Below are positions 37,690 through 47,881 of a DNA stretch of 61,782 nt, one piece after another. Every line of letters starts with the position of its first letter. The stretch's first letter is position 1. The notes below the pieces were generated by a model that worked only from the letters and a program-made list of their open reading frames with translations, was not told where the DNA came from and searched no databases. The stretch is from an uncultured Methanosarcinales archaeon (GTDB taxonomy: Archaea; Nanobdellota; Nanobdellia; Woesearchaeales; CAYZNE01), in the NCBI GenBank assembly GCA_964405295.1, contig CAYONI010000005.1, positions 1 through 61,782 of the forward strand, given 5' to 3'. A program made the translations under genes and the position numbers.

Positions 37690-39612
37690 CTAAATTGCAT
37701 CAATGTCTTTCATTGATTTAGAAATAATATCTTGACAATTATTGAGCATAGCAATTAATGTATCATCAGTAGTGGCTTTCTTAATTTGACCAAGACGGTC
37801 CATTAACTGTCTAAAAAATCTAATAACATCACCTTCTAATAAAGTTGTATTATCAAGAACATCAAAAATAGTTTTACCATTATAAATTGGATAAACTAAT
37901 GCAGTTAACTTGTTAAATTCTTTAAATCTTTTTTCTCTGTAAAGATAATCATTATTTTTTAATAATTTTTTAAGAGACCTAAGATCATCAGTTAAGTATT
38001 TCTCGAAGAATTTTGTCTTTTGTCTAGCTTCATAACAGAGTGCAGCGATTAACATCAAGATTTGGTATTCGTTTAAATCTTTATAAAATTCTGTTGAAAA
38101 AATTTCTCCGAAATCAATTTCATCTGCATAAATTTTAGACGAGAAAATCCCTTTTTCTGTAAGAGCAATATCTGAATTAACATAATTTAATTTCAATAGT
38201 TTCTTCTTAATATTATTGAAATTCCTAAATATAACTGACTTTTTCAAATTATTAATATGTTTACCATATTTCTGATAAGTATAAAAGTTTTTACACAAAA
38301 TTTTATTAATCTCATCCTGCTTATGCATTTTTATTAAATTAAGAACTGTATTAATAGAAAGCTTAAACTGAGACTTAATTGGGTCAACATCCTTGAAAGT
38401 TATCTTTTTCAAGTATTCGTAATCAAAATCTCTTCTATCAAGCATAACATAAACAAATCCCTCTTTGTCGATCCCTCGCCTACCAGCTCTTCCTGCAATC
38501 TGAAAAAACTCTTTTGAATTAATAAACCTAAAACTTACACCATCAAATTTTCTTATAGAATTAAAACAAACCGTTTTTGCAGGCATATTAATTCCAACAG
38601 CAAAAGTTTCAGTGGTATATAGAATTTTAATTAATCCCTTTGAAAATAACTCTTCTACAAGTTCTTTAGCTATCGGCAGTAATCCTGCATGATGGAAACC
38701 GATTCCGTTTGGAAGAACTTGCCTTAACAACTTTGTTGATTTAAGATTATTTATTTTTTTTGGGGCATTTTTTAATTTTGCTCTTATATAAGCACTTATT
38801 TCAGGATTAAATTTAAAGATTTTTTTATTAAATAAATCTCTAGCATTATCCTCACAAGTTTTTCTTGAGAATACAAAGAAGAAGCATGGAGTTTTATCCT
38901 TCATTTCTCTTACTAAATCTATATGATACGGTGCAGGAACAAACTTTCTTCGCCCTTTCCCTCCTTTTCTACCACGAGATACAGGAACCTCTGAAACATA
39001 CTTTATTTGTTTAAGTTGAGTAACCCCAAGTTCTGTGTCAAAAAAATTAACATGCAAGGGAACATTTCTTACATCTTGAACTATAACTTCAACAGTATGC
39101 TTATTTATATGCTGAATCCACTCAGCAAATTCATGTGCATTAGGAATTGTTGCAGACAAGCATAAGAATCTTACATTTTTATCAGAAAACATTATTGACT
39201 CTTCCCACACATATCCTCTTTCAACATCATTAATAAAATGAATTTCATCAAAAATAACATAGCCAACATCTTTTAGAGAATGATCATTTGATATAGCCAT
39301 ATTTCTGTAAATTTCTGTTGTCATAATTATTATTTGTGCTTCAGGGTTTTTGACAATATCCCCGGTCATTAAACCAACTTTATCTTTACCGTAAGAATTA
39401 CAAAATTGTTTATATTTTTGATTTGATAAAGCTTTGATTGGAGCAGTATAAATCACTCTTTGCTTTTGGCCTATAAACTTATGAATAATATAATCTGCAA
39501 TAAGTGTTTTACCAGATCCTGTAGGCGCAGAAACCACAACCGAATTGTGCCTGTCAATGCATGCAATAGAATCTTCTTGAAACTTGTCTAATGTGAAACC
39601 TTTAAACTTCAT
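37690..39612 (-). CDS. Ski2/HelY-like DEAD/DEAH RNA helicase
   Basis: APTGSGKT, PIKALSNQK, DEIH, QIAGRAGRRG, EGDVIR. Confidence 0.93.
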   Translation of the reverse strand: MKFKGFTLDKFQEDSIACIDRHNSVVVSAPTGSGKTLIADYIIHKFIGQKQRVIYTAPIKALSNQKYKQFCNSYGKDKVGLMTGDIVKNPEAQIIIMTTEIYRNMAISNDHSLKDVGYVIFDEIHFINDVERGYVWEESIMFSDKNVRFLCLSATIPNAHEFAEWIQHINKHTVEVIVQDVRNVPLHVNFFDTELGVTQLKQIKYVSEVPVSRGRKGGKGRRKFVPAPYHIDLVREMKDKTPCFFFVFSRKTCEDNARDLFNKKIFKFNPEISAYIRAKLKNAPKKINNLKSTKLLRQVLPNGIGFHHAGLLPIAKELVEELFSKGLIKILYTTETFAVGINMPAKTVCFNSIRKFDGVSFRFINSKEFFQIAGRAGRRGIDKEGFVYVMLDRRDFDYEYLKKITFKDVDPIKSQFKLSINTVLNLIKMHKQDEINKILCKNFYTYQKYGKHINNLKKSVIFRNFNNIKKKLLKLNYVNSDIALTEKGIFSSKIYADEIDFGEIFSTEFYKDLNEYQILMLIAALCYEARQKTKFFEKYLTDDLRSLKKLLKNNDYLYREKRFKEFNKLTALVYPIYNGKTIFDVLDNTTLLEGDVIRFFRQLMDRLGQIKKATTDDTLIAMLNNCQDIISKSMKDIDAI

Positions 39613-39693
39613 AATTCAGAATGAATAACCCCTCTTTATTAAGTTTAGGATTTTTTAGATAACTTTATATTACAGATTAATTTTTCTCTAATT

Positions 39694-40386
39694 ATGGAAG
39701 AACATCGAGTGCAAAAATTGTTGAGTAATTATGGTTATTGCTCCAGAAGAAAAGGTGAAAGATTAATAGAGGATGGAAGAGTTAGAGTTAACAACAGAGT
39801 AATTACCATTGGAGATAAAGCAACCGAAACTGACAAGATATTTGTTGACGACAAACTCGTTAACAAAGAAAAGAAAGTTTATATCATGTTCAACAAACCA
39901 GTTGGCTGCGTAACTGCACTCACCGACGATGAATACCAAACTGTGATGGATTTTATTCAAGTGAAACAAAGAATTTTTCCTGTTGGAAGACTTGACTATA
40001 ACACTTCAGGATTACTCCTTCTAACAAACGATGGAGATTTTGCAAATAAAGTTATGCATCCAAGTAATGAAATTAACAAAACATATCTTGCAGGTGTTGA
40101 CAGAAAAATAGAAGATATAGATGTTGAAAATCTAGAGAAAGGGATTGAGCTTGAAGATGGGAAAACAAGTCCTGCAAAAGTTAGGCAGCTTGATGCAACT
40201 CATATGGAGATAACAATTCATGAAGGTAAAAATAGGATCGTTAGAAGGATGTTAAAAGAGATAGAATTCAGAGTTAGATTTCTAAAAAGAGTTAGAATTG
40301 GTCAACTTAAGCTTGCTGATATAAGAGAAGGTGAGTTTAAACATATTTCTGAGAATGCTTTGAGAAAAGTATTCTCAAAAAACTAA
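39694..40386 (+). CDS. RsuA/RluB family rRNA pseudouridine synthase
   Basis: S4 domain (CSRRKGE), PVGRLDYNTSGLLLLTNDG, EGKNRIVRRM. Confidence 0.95.
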   Translation: MEEHRVQKLLSNYGYCSRRKGERLIEDGRVRVNNRVITIGDKATETDKIFVDDKLVNKEKKVYIMFNKPVGCVTALTDDEYQTVMDFIQVKQRIFPVGRLDYNTSGLLLLTNDGDFANKVMHPSNEINKTYLAGVDRKIEDIDVENLEKGIELEDGKTSPAKVRQLDATHMEITIHEGKNRIVRRMLKEIEFRVRFLKRVRIGQLKLADIREGEFKHISENALRKVFSKN

Positions 40387-40399
40387 TAGTTTTTTGGAC
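40373..40399 (-). repeat. Bulged-hairpin repeat variant
   Basis: Minus strand GTC-CAAAAAACTA-T-TAGTTTTTTG-A-GA overlapping stop codon. Confidence 0.55.
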
Positions 40400-40444
40400 G
40401 ATATTTCATATAAAATATCATTTGAAAAATAAAAATAAAAAAAT

Positions 40445-40885
40445 TTAAGGCATAGCGTTTTTTATACTAGTGTAAATACCAGTACCAATACCTGCAATTG
40501 TAGCTAAAGTTTCTTTTACTTGAAATCCAAGTACAGGACTAACAATCTTATCGTTAGTAAAATTATATAATGCTTGTGGAACTTTTGCAATATCGGTCAC
40601 AACGGCCGGTACATCAGGCATAGGTGCATGAGCCATTAAATATAATGTTATACCCCCTATTAGACCTGTAGCTCCTACCTTTACAGCTAGTTGTGATCCT
40701 GATCCTAATAAATCTTTGTTATTAATCTCCTCAAAAGCCATTGCACTAGATCCTAAAAGACCTACCTGATGACCTAAATAATCAAGTGAAGGATCATGAA
40801 ATATCTCTGATGTCACAAATCCTACTACTCTTGGAATTGTATAAGCTCCACCAATTTTCAAAGTTGATTTAAGTTTTGGGCCCAT
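40445..40885 (-). CDS. Hypothetical membrane protein
   Basis: GGAGG SD, hydrophobic segments. Confidence 0.7.
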   Translation of the reverse strand: MGPKLKSTLKIGGAYTIPRVVGFVTSEIFHDPSLDYLGHQVGLLGSSAMAFEEINNKDLLGSGSQLAVKVGATGLIGGITLYLMAHAPMPDVPAVVTDIAKVPQALYNFTNDKIVSPVLGFQVKETLATIAGIGTGIYTSIKNAMP

Positions 40886-41062
40886 TTTTTATTACCTCCG
40901 TTTATCCTAATTCTAAACGTTATAACCATATGTAGGTAGAACTTATTTATAAAGTTTTCTATATTTTTATCACTCAAAAGTGACAAAAACCCCAAAAAGC
41001 AAGGGCGTTTATAAATAAACTGCACTCAGAAGAACAACTTTCATCAAGAAAAACATAAAAAA

Positions 41063-41677
41063 CTAAGAAACAAACTTATTCATAGGATCAAATAACTTCT
41101 TTTGTAAAGATCTAAGCTTTAGAAACTCAAGAAAACTTTTGTTCTTATCTTTCCTTATTTTATTCAATTTCTCCTCGGGCATAATTGCAAATATTTCTAA
41201 AAACATATCAATACTTTTGTCAAAAGCAACTTTATTATACTCCACAAAATCCTTTCCCGCCTCTCTCAAATTAGCAAGAAACTCCTCAAGTATATGTAAT
41301 ATTTCGTTGTCTGTAAAAAACTCATAGACTACCTTATTAAGTTCTCTTCTATCATCAAACATTTCTTTAGGAATCTTTTTTATTAAATCATCTACAGCCA
41401 CATTCCTTGTTTTAATTCTTGAAAATATCTCATAATCTTTAAACAACTTATCAGAAATCAACTCACTTAGCTTTTTCCAATTAATCTCATAGGCAACCTT
41501 TTTTCCAGATCGTGCCTTAAATAAAATATCTAAACCAATTAAAGATTCAAGCTGTCTATAGACAACTGGTATTGACTTGTTTGTCTCCTTTGCAATCTGA
41601 CTCACATAATCTATTCCTGACATAACTTTCAGAAGTATTTCATTTAATGTTTCGTTAATTAAACCCTTTTTTTGCAT
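41063..41677 (-). CDS. Winged-HTH (ArsR-like) regulator
   Basis: YVSQIAKETNKSIPVVYRQLESL...SGKKVAYEIN. Confidence 0.8.
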   Translation of the reverse strand: MQKKGLINETLNEILLKVMSGIDYVSQIAKETNKSIPVVYRQLESLIGLDILFKARSGKKVAYEINWKKLSELISDKLFKDYEIFSRIKTRNVAVDDLIKKIPKEMFDDRRELNKVVYEFFTDNEILHILEEFLANLREAGKDFVEYNKVAFDKSIDMFLEIFAIMPEEKLNKIRKDKNKSFLEFLKLRSLQKKLFDPMNKFVS

Positions 41678-41772
41678 AAAATCACCTTTACCTTTACTGA
41701 AAACGAAACTTATATAAATAAGTTCCGATTTACCTTTACCTAAAAGGTAAACTTACCTTTGGAGGAGATAAA

Positions 41773-42336
41773 ATGAGTTTAGAAAAAATGTTAAGCCAAG
41801 CAGAAAACAAAGCAAAAACGAAAATAGGCAATCTGCCATGGTATGCAAGACTAGCCTTTCCAGAAGAAATGACTGAAACAAAAGAACTTATCAAAAAATC
41901 AAAGCAACTTAGAAAACAAAACAGCAATTACCAAAGCAGCCCTGAATTTTATTATCAAGAAACAGAACTGATTGCTCAATCAAGAGATATAACAATTGCA
42001 GCTGCAAACAGAGCCTATGACTCCTATGAAAAACTTAAACCAATACCAATTATTGGAAAAATATGCGAATACTTATTAATTAGTCAATTCAAAGGAACAT
42101 TAAAAAAAACTCCATCAAGAGAAGGTCTAATAAATCTAATAGACAATCAATACAAAGTAGTGTTTAGTGGAGGTAGCCTAATAGCAGAATCAAATACAAA
42201 TAACAATTTTAAACACTACTACCAAAAAGCTAACAGACCAATTAAACAAAAAAAATACGATACAGGACTATTAGAAAACCTTACAGAAACAGTAAAAAAG
42301 ATTTATGATTTTTTTACTGGTGAAAAGAAAAGCTAA
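41773..42336 (+). CDS. Hypothetical protein
   Basis: 187-aa ORF, GGAGG SD. Confidence 0.7.
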   Translation: MSLEKMLSQAENKAKTKIGNLPWYARLAFPEEMTETKELIKKSKQLRKQNSNYQSSPEFYYQETELIAQSRDITIAAANRAYDSYEKLKPIPIIGKICEYLLISQFKGTLKKTPSREGLINLIDNQYKVVFSGGSLIAESNTNNNFKHYYQKANRPIKQKKYDTGLLENLTETVKKIYDFFTGEKKS

Positions 42337-42352
42337 TTTTATCCCGCTTTTC

Positions 42353-42384
42353 GGTGCCAATAACTTTTTTAGTTATTGAGCATT
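42353..42384 (+). repeat. Bulged-hairpin repeat copy
   Basis: GGTGC-CAATAACT-ttttt-AGTTATTG-A-GCATT. Confidence 0.8.
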
Positions 42385-42441
42385 CTTTTTTTCTCTTTCT
42401 AAAGCAAAAAGTTTAAATAAACACCCTTCTTAATTCTATTT

Positions 42442-43734
42442 ATGTTAAACATAAAACTATTAAGGGAAAATACAGAACTTGTGAAGCAGAATATTGCAAA
42501 GAAGCAAGAAAATGAAAAACTTGTACTAGTTGATGATATCCTTGATTTAGACAAACAATGGAGAAAACTAGTTTATGATCTTGATCAATTTAAATCGCAG
42601 AGAAACAAGTTAAGCGAAGAAATCAATAAAACAAAAAAAGCAGGAGAAGATGCTAAAGCAATTATTGAAAAAGCTAAAGAAATTCCTAAAAAAATAGTTG
42701 ATCTAGAAGAGAGAGCAGAAAAATTCAAAACTACAATAAATGAAAAGCTTTCAAAATTACCAAACATAATGCATCCTGATGTTCCTGTTGGAAAAAATGA
42801 TTCTGAAAATGTTGAAATAAAAAAAGTTGGAGAAATTAAAGAAAAAGATTTTCCTATTCTAAATCATGTTGAACTTTGCGAAAAAAATAACTGGGCAGAC
42901 TTTGAAACATCTGCAGAAACAAGTGGTAACGGATTTTATTACTTAATGGGAGACTTAGCATTACTTAATCAGGCATTAATTAGTTTTGCAATTGAGTTTC
43001 TACGAAAAAAAGATTTTACATATATCGAAGGACCATTGATGTTAAGAAGAAAAATAATTGCTGGAGCAGTTGATGCAGATGTATTCGAAGAGTCGATATA
43101 TAGACTTGAAGGAGAAGATTTAAACTTAATAGCAACAAGTGAACATAATATTTTAGGATTATTACTTAACAAAGTTATTCCAGAAGAAAATTTACCACTA
43201 AAAATATTCTCATATAGTATGAGTTTTAGAAAAGAAATAGGGAGTCATGGCATAAACGAAAAAGGTTTATGGAGAACTCACCAATTTAATAAAGTAGAAC
43301 AATTTATTTTTGCAACACCAGAAAAGACTTGGGAAGCATATGACGAGCTACTAAAGAACTCTGAAGAAATGATGAAAGAATTAAAGCTTCCTTATAGACT
43401 TATTGAGATGTGCACAGGAGATTTAAGTTTGTGGAAAGCAAAAGCTGTAGATATAGAAATATACCGCCCAACAACCAAAAACTATGGAGAATTACTTTCT
43501 TTAAGCAATTGTACTGATTATCAGACTAGAGAACTAAATGTTAAATTATTGAGAAAAAACAATGAAAGAGAAATGGTTCACGCACTCAATAATACAGGAA
43601 TCGCAACTTCAAGAATGATGGTTGCAATATTAGAAAATTTTCAGAATAAAGACGGAACAGTTACAATTCCTGAAGTATTAAAAAAATATATGTTTAATAA
43701 GAAATTGATGAAACCCAACAAAAAACTATTCTAG
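42442..43734 (+). CDS. serS: Serine--tRNA ligase
   Basis: LIATSEH, FRKEIG, RTHQFNKVEQF, SNCTDYQ, NNTGIATSR. Confidence 0.97.
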   Translation: MLNIKLLRENTELVKQNIAKKQENEKLVLVDDILDLDKQWRKLVYDLDQFKSQRNKLSEEINKTKKAGEDAKAIIEKAKEIPKKIVDLEERAEKFKTTINEKLSKLPNIMHPDVPVGKNDSENVEIKKVGEIKEKDFPILNHVELCEKNNWADFETSAETSGNGFYYLMGDLALLNQALISFAIEFLRKKDFTYIEGPLMLRRKIIAGAVDADVFEESIYRLEGEDLNLIATSEHNILGLLLNKVIPEENLPLKIFSYSMSFRKEIGSHGINEKGLWRTHQFNKVEQFIFATPEKTWEAYDELLKNSEEMMKELKLPYRLIEMCTGDLSLWKAKAVDIEIYRPTTKNYGELLSLSNCTDYQTRELNVKLLRKNNEREMVHALNNTGIATSRMMVAILENFQNKDGTVTIPEVLKKYMFNKKLMKPNKKLF

Positions 43735-43790
43735 TTTTTTGAGCAGGATTTTCAATCATACAACAAAAAACTATACTAGTTTTTTGAGCA
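43716..43790 (+). repeat. Two 30-bp direct repeats (29/30 identical), hairpin-family variants
   Basis: CAACAAAAAACTAT(T/A)CTAGTTTTTTGAGCA at 43716 and 43761. Confidence 0.8.
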
Positions 43791-43854
43791 TTACTTGGGT
43801 AATACAACCAAAAAAATTATTTTAATTTTTAACAAATCAAACAAAGGTGAGATT

Positions 43855-44175
43855 TTGGAGAAATATAAACTTCCTGGATGGCTATGGCTAATTTTTGGTT
43901 TAGCAATAAGTATTTTTGCACAAATCGTTATGAGTAATCAGGAAAACCCTACGGCAATGCAACTCTTTTTCTATATTGGATTAGTATTCATAGCTATAGG
44001 AGTATTTAAAATTATAATTAAGATAATGCTTAAACCAAAAGAAAGTAAATATGAGAAAAAAGAGGCTCTATCAGAACAAAACAACAAATTCAAAGTTATA
44101 TTATGCCCAAACTGTAAAGCAAAAAACTATAATTCTTTCAACTATTGTAGAAATTGTGGAACTAAATTACACTAA
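43855..44175 (+). CDS. Membrane protein with C-terminal zinc ribbon
   Basis: Two TMs, CPNC...YCRNCG; TTG start after GGTGA. Confidence 0.8.
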   Translation: MEKYKLPGWLWLIFGLAISIFAQIVMSNQENPTAMQLFFYIGLVFIAIGVFKIIIKIMLKPKESKYEKKEALSEQNNKFKVILCPNCKAKNYNSFNYCRNCGTKLH

Positions 44176-44618
44176 TTATTAAAATGATAAAAAATTTGGA
44201 CTGGAGCAGGTTTTACCTTAGATATATTATTCCAACCAGTATGCAAGCTGCTTGAATCAACAAAGTCTATTGGAAAAAAATAAATGTACTCAGTATTTCT
44301 ATAATTAATCATAAGTTCTATACCTTGATCAATATCAATTGTGTAATCTGACCCATCTAAATATAAGGGCAAATAAAAATCTCTAGAATAATTAATTGGC
44401 ATAGATTCTGCAATCTCAACCTCAGCAAAAATAACATTTTTTAATTGATCAACAGTATTTCTCGTTTTTGCATCTTGGGCATCAACAATCCTTTTTTGTA
44501 CAAAAACAGATACAATAGTAAAAATTACCAACATAAAAGTTATTAAAATAATAAATTCAACACTTGACTGAGATTTTTTACTGAGTAGCTTCTTCAAGAA
44601 TAATTCCTCCATCAACAC
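44172..44618 (-). CDS. Archaeal pilin-like protein (class III signal peptide)
   Basis: KKSQ-SSVEF followed by hydrophobic helix. Confidence 0.8.
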   Translation of the reverse strand: MLMEELFLKKLLSKKSQSSVEFIILITFMLVIFTIVSVFVQKRIVDAQDAKTRNTVDQLKNVIFAEVEIAESMPINYSRDFYLPLYLDGSDYTIDIDQGIELMINYRNTEYIYFFPIDFVDSSSLHTGWNNISKVKPAPVQIFYHFNN

Positions 44619-45060
44619 TTATTATTTTGAGCTTAAGTGCTCCTGAATGAAAATTTTCTGGACTAGCAAAGATGCTAGAAGTATCAGATCCCAAAGGGTA
44701 ACTGCCATTTAAATTAACTTCAGTAAAAAAAACAGATTCAGTGGTTCCTCTTCTTAAATTATATGATATAACCAGTTCGGATTCAAATGTACTATTAATA
44801 AAATAGATATTTTTAACGTTAGTAGGAAGATTAAGTTGCAAATTAACAGATGAACCTTTGCCTGTAGTATAATATAATAACTCAGAAGTGTCAATTATTT
44901 GGTTCCCAATATCTTCAACTTGAGAAACGACAAAACCATCATTTGAACTAAGAGAATATCCATAGAAAATATAGACTGCAACTAATAAAATCATTAATCC
45001 AAATGTAACAATTGCTAAATACTCAAAAGATATCTGGCCCCTTTTTACCTTTACGCCCAT
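44578..45060 (-). CDS. Archaeal pilin-like protein (class III signal peptide)
   Basis: KRGQ-ISFEYL followed by hydrophobic helix. Confidence 0.85.
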   Translation of the reverse strand: MGVKVKRGQISFEYLAIVTFGLMILLVAVYIFYGYSLSSNDGFVVSQVEDIGNQIIDTSELLYYTTGKGSSVNLQLNLPTNVKNIYFINSTFESELVISYNLRRGTTESVFFTEVNLNGSYPLGSDTSSIFASPENFHSGALKLKIISVDGGIILEEATQ

Positions 45061-45153
45061 TTTAGTATAAAATTACTTCACTCGTTTATAAAATTTATTC
45101 TTAAACATAAATAAATGAATAACTTTTTATATTTAGATAACTAAAATACAAAT

Positions 45154-46005
45154 ATGGTTATAATTGGAGTAGACATGGGTGGAACACGAATTAAAGCTGG
45201 CCGTGTTTACAAAGGAAGAATTACAAAATATATATCAAAAAAAACTCATGCAAGAACATCACAAGAAGAAGTTATGTCACAATTATTTAAAATCATAGAT
45301 ACACTGATGAGCCATAATGTAAAATTTATATGCATTGGAGTTCCGGGAATAGTTAATGAACACGGTACAGTTGTAAGCTTAACAAATATTCATTCATGGT
45401 ATAATGTTCCATTAAAAAAAATTCTTGAAAAAAAATATGGACGTCCAGTTTTTATAGAAAATGATGCAAATTGTTTTATTCTTGGCGAAAAATATTTTGG
45501 TAAAGCTAAAAAATTCAGAAATATTGTGGGAATAATTATGGGAACAGGAGCAGGAGCAGGGATAATAATCAATAATCAATTATATGAAGGATTAGCTGGT
45601 GGTGCAGGAGAATTTGGTGCAGTTGAATTTAGACACAAAACCATTGAAGATTATTGTTCAGGAAAATTCTTTCTATGGAAATATCATTTAACAGGAATAA
45701 ATCTATTTGATCGAGTAAGGAAGGGAGAGCATAAAGCAATGAAAATCTTCAGAGAATTCGGAGAAAACATTGGTAAAGAACTTGCAATAGTCGTTGACTC
45801 AATAGCACCAGAATTAATAATTTTAGGAGGGTCAATTGCAAAATCTTACACTTTTTTTAAAAAAGCTATGCTAAAATCATTGAAGGAAGAAATATCTGAT
45901 ACACAATTTAGCAAATTAAAAATAAAAGTTTCAACAAACAAAAATATTGCAATTCTAGGAGCATCTACTTTGCATAAAGAATATCTAAAAGAACATAAAT
46001 GGTAA
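45154..46005 (+). CDS. ROK family sugar kinase
   Basis: GVDMGGT, ENDANC, GTGAGAG, AGEFG. Confidence 0.92.
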   Translation: MVIIGVDMGGTRIKAGRVYKGRITKYISKKTHARTSQEEVMSQLFKIIDTLMSHNVKFICIGVPGIVNEHGTVVSLTNIHSWYNVPLKKILEKKYGRPVFIENDANCFILGEKYFGKAKKFRNIVGIIMGTGAGAGIIINNQLYEGLAGGAGEFGAVEFRHKTIEDYCSGKFFLWKYHLTGINLFDRVRKGEHKAMKIFREFGENIGKELAIVVDSIAPELIILGGSIAKSYTFFKKAMLKSLKEEISDTQFSKLKIKVSTNKNIAILGASTLHKEYLKEHKW

Positions 46006-47775
46006 TTATCTTTTATTTTGACTAAAGAAAAAATTTCCTACTCTATCTAGAGATGAAGCACTTTCTGCACTCCGATCATACCTTATATTTTTGACTCGGG
46101 GAAACCTTAGTGCAAAACCGCTTTCATAGGTAGAACTTTTTTGTATTTCTTCATATTCAATTTCAAGAACAATCTTAGGAACTACTTTTACAAGTTTACC
46201 CTTTTCTTCAGTTATATACGGTTTTAATAATTCTGTTAATTGAGAAAAAGTAACACTTCCAATTTCATCTTTTAATTCTTTTATACCAGTTCCAACTTTA
46301 CCCATTTCTAGAAATTCTCCTGAAGCAGAGTCATAACAGGCAAGAATAAATGAGGTTAACCATCCAGAACGTTTACCATTACCCCATTCAGCACCGACAA
46401 TAACAAGATCAAGAGTTTCCATAACTGGCTTTAGCTTGACCATATGACCAACTCGTGCACCAGGCTTATAGGGCACATCAAGATTTTTGAACATTAATCC
46501 TTCATTGCCCGAATCAAGAGCTTCTTTAAATAATTGTTCTGCTAATTGAACTGAATCAATTTTTAATGATCTACCAAGAACAAGTTCACCTTTTTTTTCA
46601 TCTATAATAGACTCAATAATTTTTCTTCTTGATTCAAAAGGCTGAACAAAGACTTCTTTATTTTCAAGAACAAGAATATCAAAAACATTTACTTCAACAG
46701 GGAAAGTTTTTGCTGTAGCTTCAATATCATATTTTCTTCTTATCCTCTGAGATATTGACTGGAAAGGAAGGTATTTTCCTGTTTTAAAATCAAAACCAAC
46801 AACTTCTGAGTCTAAAATAAAGTTATCACCATAAACATGTTCTTCAGCATATCTGGCAACATCAGGAAATTGTTTTGTAACATTATCAAGTCGCCTTGTG
46901 AAAAGAGTTATTTTCCCATTTTTTTTGTGAATCTGCACTCTAAAACCATCATATTTATACTCTGCCTGGCAGGGTTTTCCAACAACCTTAAATCCCTCTT
47001 CAAAATCTTTAACTTTCGGTCCGAGCATGACTTTAACAGGAGTTTCAATTCGAATTTTAACATCTTTTAATCCTTGGATACCCTTTTCTTTTGCAATAAC
47101 AACAATTTCTGCAAAATCATTGATTTTATCTAGTGCAGCCTGCACAATATTAACATAGTTATTGTAATTCTCTCTATTATCAGGGGTAATTGATTTTTCT
47201 TCAACATTATAATGTGGATCAATATCTAGAAATGCCCAAACAATTGCATCTCTAAGTGAAGAATCAGCAACACCAACTCGTAAATCTTCAAGAATACTCC
47301 GAGTAATATACCTTGCACTTATTGGATCTGCACTACTTAATAGCTCTGATAATAATTTTACTTTAATATCAACACTTTTTAATCCTTCAATTTTAGCTGC
47401 TTTTCTTAAATTTGAAAAAACTTTCTTTACAGTTAAGTCTGTAGAAAATAAAGTGCTCTGTTCTCTGAAATTAACAAGATGCCCTGCGACCAATCCTAGA
47501 TCTCCAAGCTTTTTCCATTCATCTTCAACTTTTTCAGGTTTTATACCCATACAAGAAGAAAGTGTTTTTATGACAAGTTTATCTGAAATTCCTAAATGTC
47601 TATTGTCCCAACTAGGAAAAATATTTCCTTTAATTAGAAGCAAATACATCTCAAGTTCATTCCTATTATTATACTTTAAATTCTTAATAAACTCAGATAT
47701 TAAATAAGTTTTTTCTAATCTTTTAGATGTTGCTTCTAGCTTAGAATATAGCTCTGCAAGCACAGTGTATTTCAT
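46006..47775 (-). CDS. lig: ATP-dependent DNA ligase
   Basis: EYKYDGFRVQIH, EGLMFK, KLKP, LRFPR; ATG 47775. Confidence 0.97.
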   Translation of the reverse strand: MKYTVLAELYSKLEATSKRLEKTYLISEFIKNLKYNNRNELEMYLLLIKGNIFPSWDNRHLGISDKLVIKTLSSCMGIKPEKVEDEWKKLGDLGLVAGHLVNFREQSTLFSTDLTVKKVFSNLRKAAKIEGLKSVDIKVKLLSELLSSADPISARYITRSILEDLRVGVADSSLRDAIVWAFLDIDPHYNVEEKSITPDNRENYNNYVNIVQAALDKINDFAEIVVIAKEKGIQGLKDVKIRIETPVKVMLGPKVKDFEEGFKVVGKPCQAEYKYDGFRVQIHKKNGKITLFTRRLDNVTKQFPDVARYAEEHVYGDNFILDSEVVGFDFKTGKYLPFQSISQRIRRKYDIEATAKTFPVEVNVFDILVLENKEVFVQPFESRRKIIESIIDEKKGELVLGRSLKIDSVQLAEQLFKEALDSGNEGLMFKNLDVPYKPGARVGHMVKLKPVMETLDLVIVGAEWGNGKRSGWLTSFILACYDSASGEFLEMGKVGTGIKELKDEIGSVTFSQLTELLKPYITEEKGKLVKVVPKIVLEIEYEEIQKSSTYESGFALRFPRVKNIRYDRSAESASSLDRVGNFFFSQNKR

Positions 47776-47881
47776 AATTAGAAGACCATTAAGCAAGTTT
47801 ATATACTTTTTGGTGAGTGAAAATAATTTTACTGCCCTAAAAAGCAAAAACAATATAAAACAACAAAGACAAAACAAACAT

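Noticed and set aside
44172..45060. Complete type IV pilus system
   Set aside because: Only two pilin-like genes; no ATPase, TadC-like platform or prepilin peptidase in the window; common in this lineage
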